64,000 nucleotides of DNA, from NCBI GenBank assembly GCA_051362555.1, contig CM120641.1, forward strand, positions 5,704,001-5,768,000, in the 5' to 3' direction. Shown piece by piece: positions 26,221 through 39,807 of this stretch; within the stretch, counting starts at the first letter, position 1, and each line of letters opens with the position of its first letter. The notes beneath the pieces are model-generated. The model searched no databases, had not been told where the DNA came from, and saw only the letters and a list, made by a program, of their open reading frames with translations. The position numbers were made by a program, and so were the translations under genes. This DNA comes from Lingula anatina (lineage: Eukaryota > Animalia > Brachiopoda).

Positions 26221-28996
26221 TTAACAAGGGTTAACATTGCATCTCAGAAATTCCAAGTCTTTGCCGGGACAGGTGTTGCCAGGGGGGAGGCAGGTACGCA
26301 TGCGTACCTGTATTCCACCACCACAGGTGACAGGACACTGTGTCCAGGCACTGAATGCTGTCCAACCTCCAGCACTTGCTCCTAAAAACAAATAAATAAA
26401 AATAAATAAATAAAGAGATACATACTCGAAATGTACGTTTTAAAAATATAATTTATTTTCCCTTTATATTATAATATTTCCCTTTATAATGGATAAGCAA
26501 ATGAACATATAAACAACTAATGTCCTTGTTGTTATCAGAAATAACATTTTTCAAATTATAAGTTCATAATTAAACTTACAAAAGCCATATAAGTAAAATT
26601 GTTTTAACAATTAAAATACAATGCCAACTGGCTACTTACATGTAAAATGTTTGTTGAGAAAATGAAGATAATGGTGGAGGTGGGGGGAGGTTACTTTGTT
26701 CTTTCCACCTACACCCCCCCCCCCAGATTATAAAAAAGGTGATTTATGTTTGATAAATTTAAGGGGAAAAAAATTAGGTTCATCAATTTCTTACATCCTG
26801 ATATTTCTCACTGCAGACATATTTCCTACCTTGTGTACCAGGTATGATTTTATATTTTGCCTGAAAACCCTGGTTGTTGTAATCAGAATCTGAGGCAAAC
26901 TTAATCAGCAGGTTGTTGACATTGTAGATTTCCGTCTGTCCTTCCTTTTGCCTACCACAGAACCTGAGAAAACATAATAGAACTGAAGATACAGCCAGCA
27001 ACATACACTCCCCAGAGAGTTCCCTGTTGTTCTGCAAGCTTTTTCTTTCTTCATGAAAAAAATACTACTAAACTTGTAATTCTAATGTGTTGTGTAATTC
27101 TTGGATATACAAATATCTTGACAATATCTTACATGTATAATGTTGTTTATTAATTGTCTAACTTAATTTTACTTATTTATTAATTTATTGTAATTGCAGA
27201 TTATACAGAAGTCCCTAAGTTGACAAGTACTGTATCTTGACAAAAGCTAATGTGTTTGGCATTATATTGTTCAATTCGGTGATTTAATTATTTTTCCTTC
27301 ATCCAGTGTTTCCCATCATTTCATTTCAATTTCGTAATTGCAGACATATTGAGCATTTTATACCTTGGTCCTGCTTTTTCAGGTCCATATTTTCGAATTT
27401 CCACCCAGTCATAACCACATTCATAGCGTCCGTTGTCAAGCTGGTCTAGTTCAATGTCGAAATGTTGGAACGTCAGTTGAATTTTAGATCCGATGGGGGC
27501 CTATGAAAAGGATAAAATATTCAGCTGAACAAAACGTTTGTCGCAGCACACTGTTAAGGCACATTCTTGCACCAAATTTTGACTGACAAATATGTTATCT
27601 TTTATTAAAGAATGTCAAAAAATATTAAAATCAAGCTTTATTTTTTTTACAAACTATGTTTCAGCTGATGCATATCTGTACATGACGTTTGATATCTGTA
27701 GAGCTGGCATTAATCAGACAGATCATATATGCGAATACAACATAAATATATCAGTATTGTGACTCGATTTAGTTTTAATTAAAATAATTGAAGAATACTT
27801 AAAACCGCACCTTAATAAGCCAGTAACAGGTTGTTGAATCCATGTAATTGCTAGGGAAGTTAGGAGTTTGAATTGTGCCTTCACTGGCAGCATACACACC
27901 ACCACATGCTGCAAAGTAAATGTAGGATTAGTTTAATTTCTTTCTTTATTATCCATAAATTACAAATTTTATTAACTAACAAAACGGAAATAACAGATAT
28001 CGGCATCCATTACAGATAATAATAATAAATAGACCAAACCAAACAAATATGGTCAAATCTACCTTGTTCATTTCAGAAGTAGAACAGTTTAGCTTTTCCA
28101 AATGATATGACGATAATGATGTTAGATAGAAGCGAAAGAAGAAAAAATACCGCTTCATGACTACGTTCTTTCAGTTCTGCTGCGTAAATTTTTGTTTAGC
28201 CTATAGTGTGCAATAATTTTCTTCTCTTTCCCCCTCTCCCTCTCTCTCTCTCTCACACTCATACACACACACACACATCGTCGAGCTGCACTGTATATCG
28301 TCCGCTGGATAACTGTATTTCGTTACAGTTTGCCTTATTCAGTAATTCGGAATTCGGATTTACTTACGGACGTCCGCTCTGTTGATGTCATTACAGAATG
28401 GCCCGCCAAGTCCGTGTGGACACTTGCAATTACAATCAGGACCAATAAATCCACCGTTCTCACACTTGATGTTGGAATTACAGTGTGCTGAAAATGATTT
28501 TATTCATAGTTCAGAGTCATTTCTCATACCAACAGACTGCGCAGTTTTTCTATTCACATGCCTTGATTCTATACATCAAATTAGATTAAGAAGTTAATAA
28601 TGAGAAACAACGCAATTTATGAGAAATTAACTGTTATTCATTGTACGGCGCCTCAAGAAAAAAATCTAAAAGATAAAAACGAATATGTCTTGTGAACTCA
28701 CCATCGCATTTGTACATTTGGTTAGCCAGCTTGATGTCGTAAAAACTCAGTCCTATTCTTTGTCCGACCACATTCTGCATCTCCTCGTCACGTGTCTCCA
28801 CAGTCAACTTGTCACCGTTGGCAAATTCCTTTTATTAATCATAAGTTTAAATAAATGTATCATTAGAAAACGTAAAATCCATATAAAGCTTGTTTCATTC
28901 TGTCAGCAAGAGTTAAGACGAGGAAACATATTTCAGGTCAAAGGATGGATTGCAGTTTGATTGTGCTAATTCCAAATACATTTCTGCTCCTTTTTG

Positions 28997-29032
<36 letters not shown>

Positions 29033-32000
29033 GCAAATATTTTCTCAATACTTACGCTGCTGCCGTAGTGCATCACCGAGCCAAGATCATAGGGAACATT
29101 TCCATCGTCGATTTCATCGCGGCCATATTTTTCAAAGTTTCCGACTCTGTTAGGTAACACGTTTTCTAACTTGACGTTGACAAAACTATCTCGGTCAGGT
29201 CTGGATTGTTCATGATAGAAGCCCAAAGCATGTCCAATCTCATGAACTATAGTACCCAACTGAAATATGAAAAGATGCACTGAGATCGATATAATTAAAA
29301 TAAGACTCGTAAAATCGTAAAAAAGCCCCCCAAATTTTTTTTTTGTCATGAGAAACTTTTCCTACAAGAAACATATCTAAAGAGGCATATCTTGGGCTAG
29401 GAGCCAGAAAAACATAACTGAATTTTTTTTGCTTCAACAATTTCCAATGCAAAACTCAACCTTTTGATTCTATTTTGATTCTATTTTCATTCCTTTTGAT
29501 TCTATAACCTAACATTAGTAGTAATTCCGTTAAAATTAACAGACCCTTGGAACGTAAAGGCGAGATGGATGAGTAGAAAATAGAAATACCTAAGTCAACA
29601 AAATTCCCACGAAACGTCGAGATAAGTAACAGTCCAAGGCGTGTCGTTGCGTGTATGGTAAATAATTAGGTTTATATGCTTAGAACATGTCCTGAATGCG
29701 CTTAAACGATACTACTTAAAATTATTGTCGACCTCAACAAATTTAATACACTTACCATGGAATCGCAATATAGGCCGATCGAAATTTCTTGTTTTCCACC
29801 AATTCGACCAACGTGAGAGTGACACCTAAAATATTTTAAAAATTCCAGTTTTATTTTTCTTTCACCTTTATTAAGTCAGTAAATAGTTCTTTTATTTTTC
29901 ACTTATGACACGCATCTTTGTTTTCGTACCTGCACTTTGTATTTCCAAATACACGCAGTTTCGCTATTCACATCCTTTTTTTATATACCATGAAGTGTAG
30001 TTAAGAATAGGGGACCGCTCATCATGATCGTAGGTTTACAGCAACCCATATTTAGTAAGGATTGACTTACCTGTTCTGTCTTTTAGGAAGATGAAATCAT
30101 ACATACCCGGTCCCGTTATAGAAGTCTACATAATCATCATGTTGCAGCCACTGCATCAGGGCACTTGTATAAGGCCTGAAACGAATGCACGTGTGTTCTT
30201 CCCAGTGCTTCATGGCTTTCTTGATATTTTCTTGGCCCTGGGGAGCTAAATAATAGAAAATAGAAAAATTGTTTTCGTTGTAATAGGTTTAATTTATTGT
30301 TACAAATAGTGAAAATAAGGTATTAGCTAGATATGTTAAAGTATGTTCACCAGGGTGTCAAATCATTTTGACTGAAAGATTCACATGTAAATATTCAGAC
30401 AAACACAAGTTTCAATAAATGTTAAATTCGGACAAACCTATAGAAGAACTGAACACATAAGGCACAATCCCCATTTTCCAATGGCTGTTGGTGTCTCTCA
30501 TTGCTTTTCTCTTTTGTGCGACGTATGACCTCTTCTTGCGAAAAAAAGCGGGGACATTTTTGCCTGTTTCTTGTTTAATGCGTTCAGCTTGTTCTGGTGT
30601 TATCAACAAGTCGCCTTCGAACTGACCGGGGAGGGTCTCTACCTGGTGCTGTGTAGCATATAATCGAGGTTTGTTCTTTCCAGGCTTGTTTTTCTTCACC
30701 TGAAATGGCCCGAATTTTAAAAGACAAACCGTACCGATTGCCCACTTCCCCCCTCCCTCCTTCCCCTGTTTTCCCAGCCAACCCATGCCAGAGTCAACTC
30801 TTTCATACATCGTGATTCAGTCCTTAGGGTGCATTCCCAGAGATTTAGATCGATCCAGTGATTAAGATTTAGATCGACCTAACTCCCTGGGGGTTAACGC
30901 TAAATTGCAGTCAGCCGAGCGCGCACCATAGTTAATTACCCTTTTACAGCTTTTAGTAGGCGGGCCAGACGTTTAAAAGCCGGCTAAGCTGACAGTAATC
31001 TAGTGAGACTCCCCACAGGGATAGATCGATCTAAAATCTATGGAAATGGGGTCTAACGGGTAGGGGGGGTGAGGAGGAGTTTCGTTTTGATTTGATAAAT
31101 TGGTATATATGAAAATGGAAACTCGAAATTTTTTGATGATCCGACTTTGCTTACCCACAACAACGGGTGAACTGAGGTTACCTTCATCAGGACAACATGA
31201 TTATTTTCCTATTCTTCATGGTATAAGTAAGAAGGAGCCGCCTTGGAAACTATTAAGCCCAATTCGCGCCTTTATCATTACACGGGGTCTACTGTAAATA
31301 CGGCTAAGTTGATAAAAGTAGATCAATTTCAGTTTATGACTTTATTACACTGATACTGTTTGTATTCAGTCAAACGGTGTCCCTGATTTTGAGTGTCGAC
31401 TAATTCATTTGATTTAATAAGACCATTCATCAAGTGATAGGTGAGAAATTGAACCGATTAGTAATTTATTAAGTATGTGCCGTTTGTGAAAAGAAGCACT
31501 CGCAAATTCCTATAGCCAACATCGATATCAGATTTGAAAAGAGTGCCGCAAAAAATAATTATTTTAAGTACATATAAGATAATATAATGCTACAATTTTT
31601 CATAAGGTTTTTTCTAAGCGTAGAAATGCGTAGAAATGATTCAGAAACATCAACGTATCGGTATGCTTTTCTTTTCAATTATCAATCATAAAAAATGTTT
31701 TCCAGTAATACTAATTTTCCAAGCAAGAAAATGAAAATAAAATAATAATTTAAGGTATAGAAAAACAAAAAATACCCTCATTAATTCCTCCAGTTTCTTC
31801 TCTTCCTCTTGTGCTTCGGCCAACGATAGCTGGAATGCAATGTCACACAATAAAACAATAATATGTCATGCTCATAAATAAATAAATTAATAAATACTGT
31901 ACACGTTTTCAAATGTCTCAAAGTCATATTTCTTTGTCTCAATGTCATGCAAAGATGATACTCTTTCTCAATTAAGATCTCAAGAACGATAAAATTCTTA

Positions 32001-32525
32001 AAAGAAAAGCACTTGAAGTCGATATTTCTCTTCCCTTTGAAATGTCATATCAGTTTTAATAAATCGGGGTACATTTAAAACTAAGCTGTTAAGAAAGAAC
32101 TAAGTTGTTTTGTTTAAAAATGTCACAAAAAATTGAATCCAAGTGCTGTAACGGGACGGCTAAAGGTTCGTGAGAAGGGAAATTTGCTTTTCCGGAAAAA
32201 TAAAGTTTGAAAAAAAACGTATAGAATACTTAAACTTCTCTTTTGATTAATTTTTTTTTTTCATTTTTTCACGTATAAGATTTACATACATACCGTAATA
32301 CCGCTCGTATTTTGTTGTCTAGATCGTTAGCAACTGTTGAACATGTTGATTGAGAAATAATCAAGATCGAAAAATAAATCTTTAACAGCTTTATCTTATT
32401 CCTGAAAAATATATTATAAATAAAAGGAGGGAAAGTCGTCACCTTACCGCATTACAAATTGCAATCAGTGCTAGCAGAAGAAATGTCGTGACCAAGACGC
32501 GAAATCCGTTTGTTGGCTTTCCCAT
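26221..32525 (-). CDS. Astacin (M12A) metalloprotease 1: signal-pro-astacin-EGF-CUB-TSP1, 12 exons, ~527 aa
   Basis: Exons 32448-32525, 31776-31829, 30438-30699, 30107-30245, 29756-29825, 29056-29259, 28702-28828, 28368-28487, 27811-27908, 27364-27500, 26830-26963, 26221-26381 (1584 nt, in frame). FEGD pro-motif, RKKR, HEIGHALGFYHEQSRPDRD, SVMHY Met-turn, CENGG..C.C.CP EGF, CUB, W..W..C..TCGGG TSP1. Confidence 0.93.
30827..31053 (-). mobile_element. Harbinger-type MITE family A, copy 3 (astacin 1 intron 2)
   Basis: Reverse orientation relative to 2165-2379; flanked by TTA/TAA. Confidence 0.9.
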
Positions 32526-32646
32526 AGTTGAAAATCTCACGCCCGCTTCAACGTGTCCGAAATCGTCGAATATCCTGAGCGCAACTGGTCAGCCGTAGCT
32601 TTCTTTCTACGAACAAACTTTAATACAAAAATCCTTCTAACGTAAG

Positions 32647-32655
32647 TTTTTATAG
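32647..32655 (-). promoter_or_regulatory. TATA box of astacin 1
   Basis: GTCTATAAAAAC on the minus strand ~125 bp upstream of the ATG; the same motif precedes all three paralogues. Confidence 0.7.
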
Positions 32656-35387
32656 ACACACGCTCTCCTGAATGTTTAAATAGGGTACAATATGACTTCC
32701 CTTGTGCAAATAGCAAGAGTTTAATTGCATCATACGTCAAATACGTATTTCAGTTATGGACGCGGTAAATCAGACCCATCAATTGATCCTTGGTATGAGA
32801 GAAGCAGTGATATGCTATTCATTTATTCTCATCAAACGCACGAACAACTGGGTGGTGCCCGTAACTCTTAAGGTTAACAAAAAGTAGCCACAATCCGCCT
32901 CTTCATATGCCTAGTTACAGCTGAAGGAGGACCGATATTGAAATGATTTAGTTGACAAGAATCCGCAGATTTTGATAAAATTTGGACTTCTCAAGAAACA
33001 AAATTAACGCTGATTTTCAAATAAGGTACAAGTGTCAATTTGTGCAAAAATTCCAAAGTCAACAAGTTGGATTGATTGAGCTTGGAATTCATTGTTTTTC
33101 TGACAGGTAATTTGTCATGATGTTGCTGAAAATATGGTTTTTCCTTTCCCGCTTTTTGAGCTAAATACGACAGGAATAATTGCATATCCCTTCTGTAGCG
33201 TAATGCATTCTGCAAGTTCCGCCGGAAAGTTTAAATTAACACACCCTAATTACTGTAAAAACTTGGACTAGGCCAATGGATCAACCTATTTACAATAACC
33301 GGCTTGGTCACTTTTCTTACGACGCCATTATAACAAAGTCCGAACGTTCACTTTCTGTCATGTCAGTACATGGTGGCCGTCATCACTGAAGCAGCGACAA
33401 GGATATTAATGCGGGTAGAAGGGAAACGCCGTCGTCAATGTTCTAAACCCCAATTTATGTTGCAGAAATGTGTGTTTTTTTAAAGATCATATAAATTTTG
33501 ATTGTTAGAGGCACAACAGTTTTTTTACAGATACTTAAGTGTTTGGTTGTAGTTTTAGTGAATAATCTGATATTAAATTCACAACTTTCCTTATACCGTG
33601 ATCAATGAAATGGACTTAAGACGCCTCGGTGCCTTATGATACTACATGTAAATGTGATTCATGTCCTCAAGGATTACTTTACTACAGTGTACGCCATGTA
33701 GTGGTGTTTATTAATATTTTGGGTAACGTGATATACGTCTGACACTTTTACAACAAGGATTAGATTTTAGAGAAATACACCAACCATAAAACACCTGCAA
33801 GATAAAATTTACGTAATACCGATAATGAGTAAACAAAGTAAATAACCAATCCACGGGTGGTGCATACTTTGACACCCACGCATTTTTTTTTTTTTTTTTT
33901 TTTTTTTGTCTTTCAATAAAAATCAATACCTTTTATTGTCAGCATTCTCAGGCGTTTTCTATTGAAAATTACGCTGTATCGTAATTAGACTGAAATTGAG
34001 ATATCTGCGTATAATGTTGACTTTGGTGGAAACAAGTGCATTGTCAGATAATCCACTGGCAGCAAAGGAGTGTGGTTCTAGCAAATATGTGAAGAGTAAC
34101 CCATGAAGTCAACAGTAAGACTGTGCTAGAGAAGACAATATTAACATTGTACATGAGAAAAATAAGAGTTTGTTAGTGAAGACATTCTAAACATTGTGCC
34201 AGCAAAGGCAGTCCTTACTATCAACATTGTACGGTACGTGTAGTTACGTTTAAAGTCATGAATGGCACGTGCTCAAGTTTTGTCGGTGTAACATAGTCTA
34301 CGCAATATTGATGTTAAGTATTGTAAAAGGGCCACCACGAGCTAAATGGTGAAAGGACAAGGTTGTTTAGTACACGATGTTTCAGTAAAAATGTTTGTAG
34401 GAGGAATTTTAGTAGTTTTATTCCTCGTTCTGCGAAGAGAACATGATCATCTACAGGCGTGCATCTTTTATCACATACATACTTGTAAAAGCAGAGAGCT
34501 GTGGCAGGCAAACTTATGTTAGCAAAGAGAAATTAAACAACACAGGCAAAGCTGCTACGTGATGCTCATCTATTTATTAATACTACTATATTCAAAGAGG
34601 TAATGGAAGTAAAGACACTCCGATTCTCAGCCTGAAATGTATGCAGCTCATTTCCATAACAAGAAAATGCTTGATATAATAAATATAAACCATTTTCTTG
34701 TTGGAAGTAAGAGAGAAAAAACAATATCTGTGATCATGCTTTAGATTGTTATCAGGAATCATAGAGTACCCATTTCCCCTATCCCCCAACAAAAAATCTG
34801 TTGATTACAGAATTCTTTTTCGCATTTTTTGGCTCATTTCAAAGTTAGTGAAACCTGAGGTGAAATGGATTTTTCGTCAAAATAATCTGATCCGTCATTA
34901 AGGCCCATCTCTAATAGGCATGTGAGAATGTGGGCTGTTTTCGTTTGCAAAACTGCCTACATAAAACTGTCAATTCTAAATGTAAGCAGAAGTCTCACCA
35001 CTCCCTGTTTGCCGTCATGTTTTAGATTTTACTAATATATTTTAAGGAGGTCTACTGCTAATAACTGAATTGAACGAAGTTCCATTTTTACAATAGTGGT
35101 TCTGTTTGAGAGTATTGGGAACATATCTGTACCACACATGAAATTTTGAAATTATTAGACTTATTAGTCGCTCTTAAGCTTTCTTCCCAAGACCTTCATC
35201 AAATCCTTTTGTCAGAAATGAAAATTTACTGGTGGTCGTCGGCAAATGCAATCTTTTGCCAATGTTAACATTGCATGGTAACTGAAGAAACATTTAGGAA
35301 GAAAGTTTGGGGACCATTGGAAAAGTTCAACGATGTCCTTTTGAGAATATGCAGAATTCACGCGGTTCCTTGGCAGAAATGAATACC

Positions 35388-37561
35388 TTAACAAGGGTTA
35401 ACGTTGCATCTCAGAAATTCCAAATCTTTGCCGGGACAGGTGTTGCCAGGGGGGAGGCAGGTGCGCATGCGTACCTGTATTCCACCACCACAGGTGACAG
35501 GACACTGCGTCCAGGCACTGAATGCTGTCCAACCTCCAGCACTATCAGCTGAAAACGGGTAAATAAAAAGAGAAACATAATCATAATTGTACATGAAAAG
35601 ATGGTTTTTTTTGCAGCTATTAGAAAAAAAAAGAATGAATAAACAAATGTTGTTGTCATAATCAAAATTAACATTTTGCAAATTATATATTTAAAATATT
35701 TTTACGTCTAAAAGAAAAAATTGAAAGGACCATAATACTCAAAGCCTAACATTTCTCACTGCAGACATATTTCCTACCTTGTGTACCCGGTATGACTTTA
35801 TATTTTGCCTGGAAACCCTGGTTGTTTGAAGAAGAATCTGAGACAAATTTAATCAGCAGGTTGTTAACATTGTATGTATCTGTCTGTCCTTCCTTTTGCT
35901 TACCACAGTACCTGAGAAAACAAAATAGAACTGAAGACACAGCCAGCATCATACACTCTCCAGAGTTTCCTGTTGTTCTGCAAGCTTCATACTTTCATAA
36001 TTAGAAAATACTGTTAGATTTGTAATTCTTATGTGCGGCGTATTATCTTGACAATACCTAATAGTTTAAATGTTTTGTTTACTTATTGACACATTTTTTG
36101 ATTGATAAATTTATTGTATTTGCACATAATGCTGAAAAGTTGTTGACAAATATCTTGACAACAGCTTATGGTCGTGACACTGAATAATTTGATTCAGTTC
36201 GTTGATTCAATTATTTTTCCTTTTACATTAATTTTTTAAAAACACTTTACTAGTATTTTGTATTGTATATGCAGACTTACACCCCATTTCCATAGATTTT
36301 TAGATCGATCTATCCCTGTGGGGAGTCTCACTAGATTACTGTCAGCTTGGCCGGCTTAAGCGTCTGTCCCGCCTACTAAAAGCTGTAAGGGGGTAATTAA
36401 CTATGGTGCCCGCTCGGCTGACTGCAATTTAGCTTGAACCCCCAGGGAGTTAGGTCGATCTAAAACTTAATCTTTAGATCGATCTAAATCTCTGGGAAAG
36501 CACCCTTAGCATATTGACCATTGCATACCTTGGTCCTGCTTTTTCAGGTCCATATTTTCGAATTTCCACCCAGTCAAAACCGCATTCATAGCGTCCGTTG
36601 GCAAGCTGGTCTAGTTCAATGTCGAAATGTTGGAACGTCAGTTGAATTTTAGATCCGATGGGGGCCTGTAAAAAGGATGTTTTTCAATTCGATAAATGTT
36701 TGTCGAAGCACATTGTTAATACGCTCTGTCGAACCAAAATTTTGATTAACAAGTATGTGATCTCTTATTACCGAATATGAAAAATATTAAAATTTTTTAC
36801 TTTTAGACAAACAATATTTCAGCTGATGCATATCTGTATATGACCCTTGATATCTGTAGAGCTGGCATTAATCAGACAGACCATATTTACAAATGCAGTG
36901 TAAATATATCAGTAATATGACTCAATAAAGTTTTACTAATAATAATTGAAAAATACTTCAAACCGCACCTTAATAAGCCAGTGACATGCTGTTGAATCCA
37001 TGTAATTGCCAGGGAAGTTAGGAGTTTGAATTGTGCCTTCACTGGCAGCATACACACCACCACATGCTGCAAAGTAAATTTAGTAAGTCGTTTTATTTCT
37101 TTCTTAATTATCCATATGGTGACAATTCTTTCAAAGGAGCTGCACTAAGGGAATAGAATTTATTGCCTATTTGACTTCGTAGGATAGACTCTCCGGCTAC
37201 TTTTAAAAGGGATCTCAAGACTTATCTATTTAAAAATGAATAAGTTCTTATAAATCATGATCACTTTTTAAAGTGAGTGATCAGGCAACATTTTAATTTC
37301 TACATTATTTGTTTTAATCATTTTTTCTGTTTTAATCGATTATTTTTACTAGCAACCAACAGAGTTTCTTTTACCAATAGCTATAAAAATTCACTTTTAT
37401 TTACCAGCCAATATTTTATCTGATGACAGTCAGACTTCATCAGGGAAATGAGGGCTGTGATAGGTATTATAACCTGTCACCCCTTTTACTAGCCTTTCTA
37501 TTATTTTTTCACGTTGTATTGTAAAGTCTGCTGAAAAAATTTGGATTTTAGACTCAAAATA

Positions 37562-37601
<40 letters not shown>

Positions 37602-39720
37602 TCATTGTCTTTATTCAGTTGTGGAAATTTACTTACGGACGTCCGCTCTACTGATGTCGTTACAAAATGGCCCGCCCAGTCCGTGTGGACACTTGCAGTT
37701 ACAATCAGGACCAATAAACCCACCGTTCTCACACTTGATGTTGGAATTACAGTTTGCTGAAAAGGATTTAAAAAAAATTAATTTCTCATACCAATAGACA
37801 GAACGGTTTTTCTATCCACATTCCTTGATTTTATGCACCAAATTGCATCAAGGGGTTTCTCGCTAAATTGCTTTCAGCTTAAATGCTTAGAGGTCTGGCA
37901 CGCTTACTGAAGCTGCTAAACGACAATTAATTACCCCCTAGCAGCTTCAGTGGGTATGACAGACATCAAAGTCACTCAAGTTGATTGCAATTTAGCTATT
38001 TTCGTAGAGATAGATCGATTCAAAGTTAGTACGATAGAGTCTGGGAATAGTCCCTAACAGACCAGTGTGTATCCTTACATTACGCAAGTAACATGTAAAA
38101 AATATGTCATTATTAATGTTTTGCAGGATAGCCACGCGATCTCAATATGGCCACCACTCTTTTGGGCATAGAATGGTAATGGTTCAGTTATCTTCTGGGG
38201 GCTATGTTGGCGCAGGCTCTGAAGACGCTTTGGGTTTAGAGCGTTTTCAGTAAAGGGGCGATCCTTTGCCACTTGATTTGCTCATTCCACATGGGTTTTG
38301 CGTCTGGTGATTAGGAAGCCCAATATACCGTGTGATGCCATGCTGGTTATGTCATACTTGTTTAGACCTGGCCCTGTGTAGCGATATCATCTTAGAATAT
38401 GAAAGGATGATTCCTGTTCCCAAAGATGTTTTCTAACGATGATAAAAGGCGCTGCTCCAGAATTTCAGTGAAACGCTCGTGGTTCAGGTTTCCATGCATC
38501 AACCACAGTTCACAAATTCTTTAGAAACCAATGCACCCCAAATCATTATTGAAGTGGACTACCTAGCGAAGAAGTGCATATTCTCTGGCACCCACGGTCT
38601 CAGCAGAAATTAAAAATGGCGCCAGTTCCGACCTACGGTACATGCAATGGTTCTTGCATCCCATGCCACTCTTCTTCGTCTGTTAACCAAGGTCAGGTGT
38701 GGTTTCCTCTAAGCAACCCTGGTATGAATTTCCGTAGCATGGAACCTTCTTCGCTAACCTCAACCTGTAAATTTTGCGCGACCGTTGCAAAGTGATTTTG
38801 CTGCACAGACCACATCTCCTACGTCTTGAGAGCATAAAAAACGCCTGTCGTCTCTGGCACTGGTCAACTTCGGACGGTCGCTCCGTGGTGACATATGGGC
38901 ATCACCAGTGTCCGCCATCCTTCTGCAAAAACCCTATATATGTGTGCAGTCTGACCAGGCACACCATATCTGAAGGCTATCTGGAGGACATCTATACCCT
39001 CCTCCCTCAGAAAAACAATTTTTCATCCTTCATTTGTGAGCTTCCGTACCCAGAGGCGGATTTAGGGGGGTCGGCTTCGCACCGCGGATCCCTCTTCAAA
39101 TAATCCTGGATCTGCCCTTACGTACCTTCACCATAGTAGCAACTTGACAGTCAGAAGGGCGTTACACCTTCGATGGCACCCTTTTTTAGTGCAAATGGAT
39201 GAATATTCATCACTTGTTACAAGTGCAGTAAACCACAAAAAACTTTTTAAGAAAGCCCCCCCCCCTATGTCACATAACGCACCATTCATTCAGATGGTGG
39301 AACACTTTAGTCACCCCTCTGTATTAGAAATTGATCGTTATTTACTGTACGGCGACACAAAAAAAGTCTAAAAATACGAATATGGTTTGTGAACTCACCA
39401 TCGCATTTGTACATTTGGTTAGCCAGCTTGATGTCGTAAAAACTAAGTCCTATTCTTTGTCCGATCACGTTCTGCATCTCCTTGTCACGTGTCTCCACAG
39501 TCAGCTTGTCACCGTTGGCAAATTCCTTTCATTAATCATAAAAGTTAAAACATATTATTATAAAAAGTTGAATTCGTATTAACCTATTATCATCTGTAAC
39601 CAACAGCTATGACGAGTGTCATATAGCAGTATTTTTAGTACTTGCATTGTAAGTATAGGTATAGTGCAATTCGAAATACATGCCTTTCCTCATCCCCCTC
39701 CTTCTCTGTCTGTTTGTCTC

Positions 39721-39807
<87 letters not shown>

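Noticed and set aside
38574-39371. Several plus-strand ORFs as a nested gene
   Set aside because: They are antisense to the decayed Tc1 transposase.
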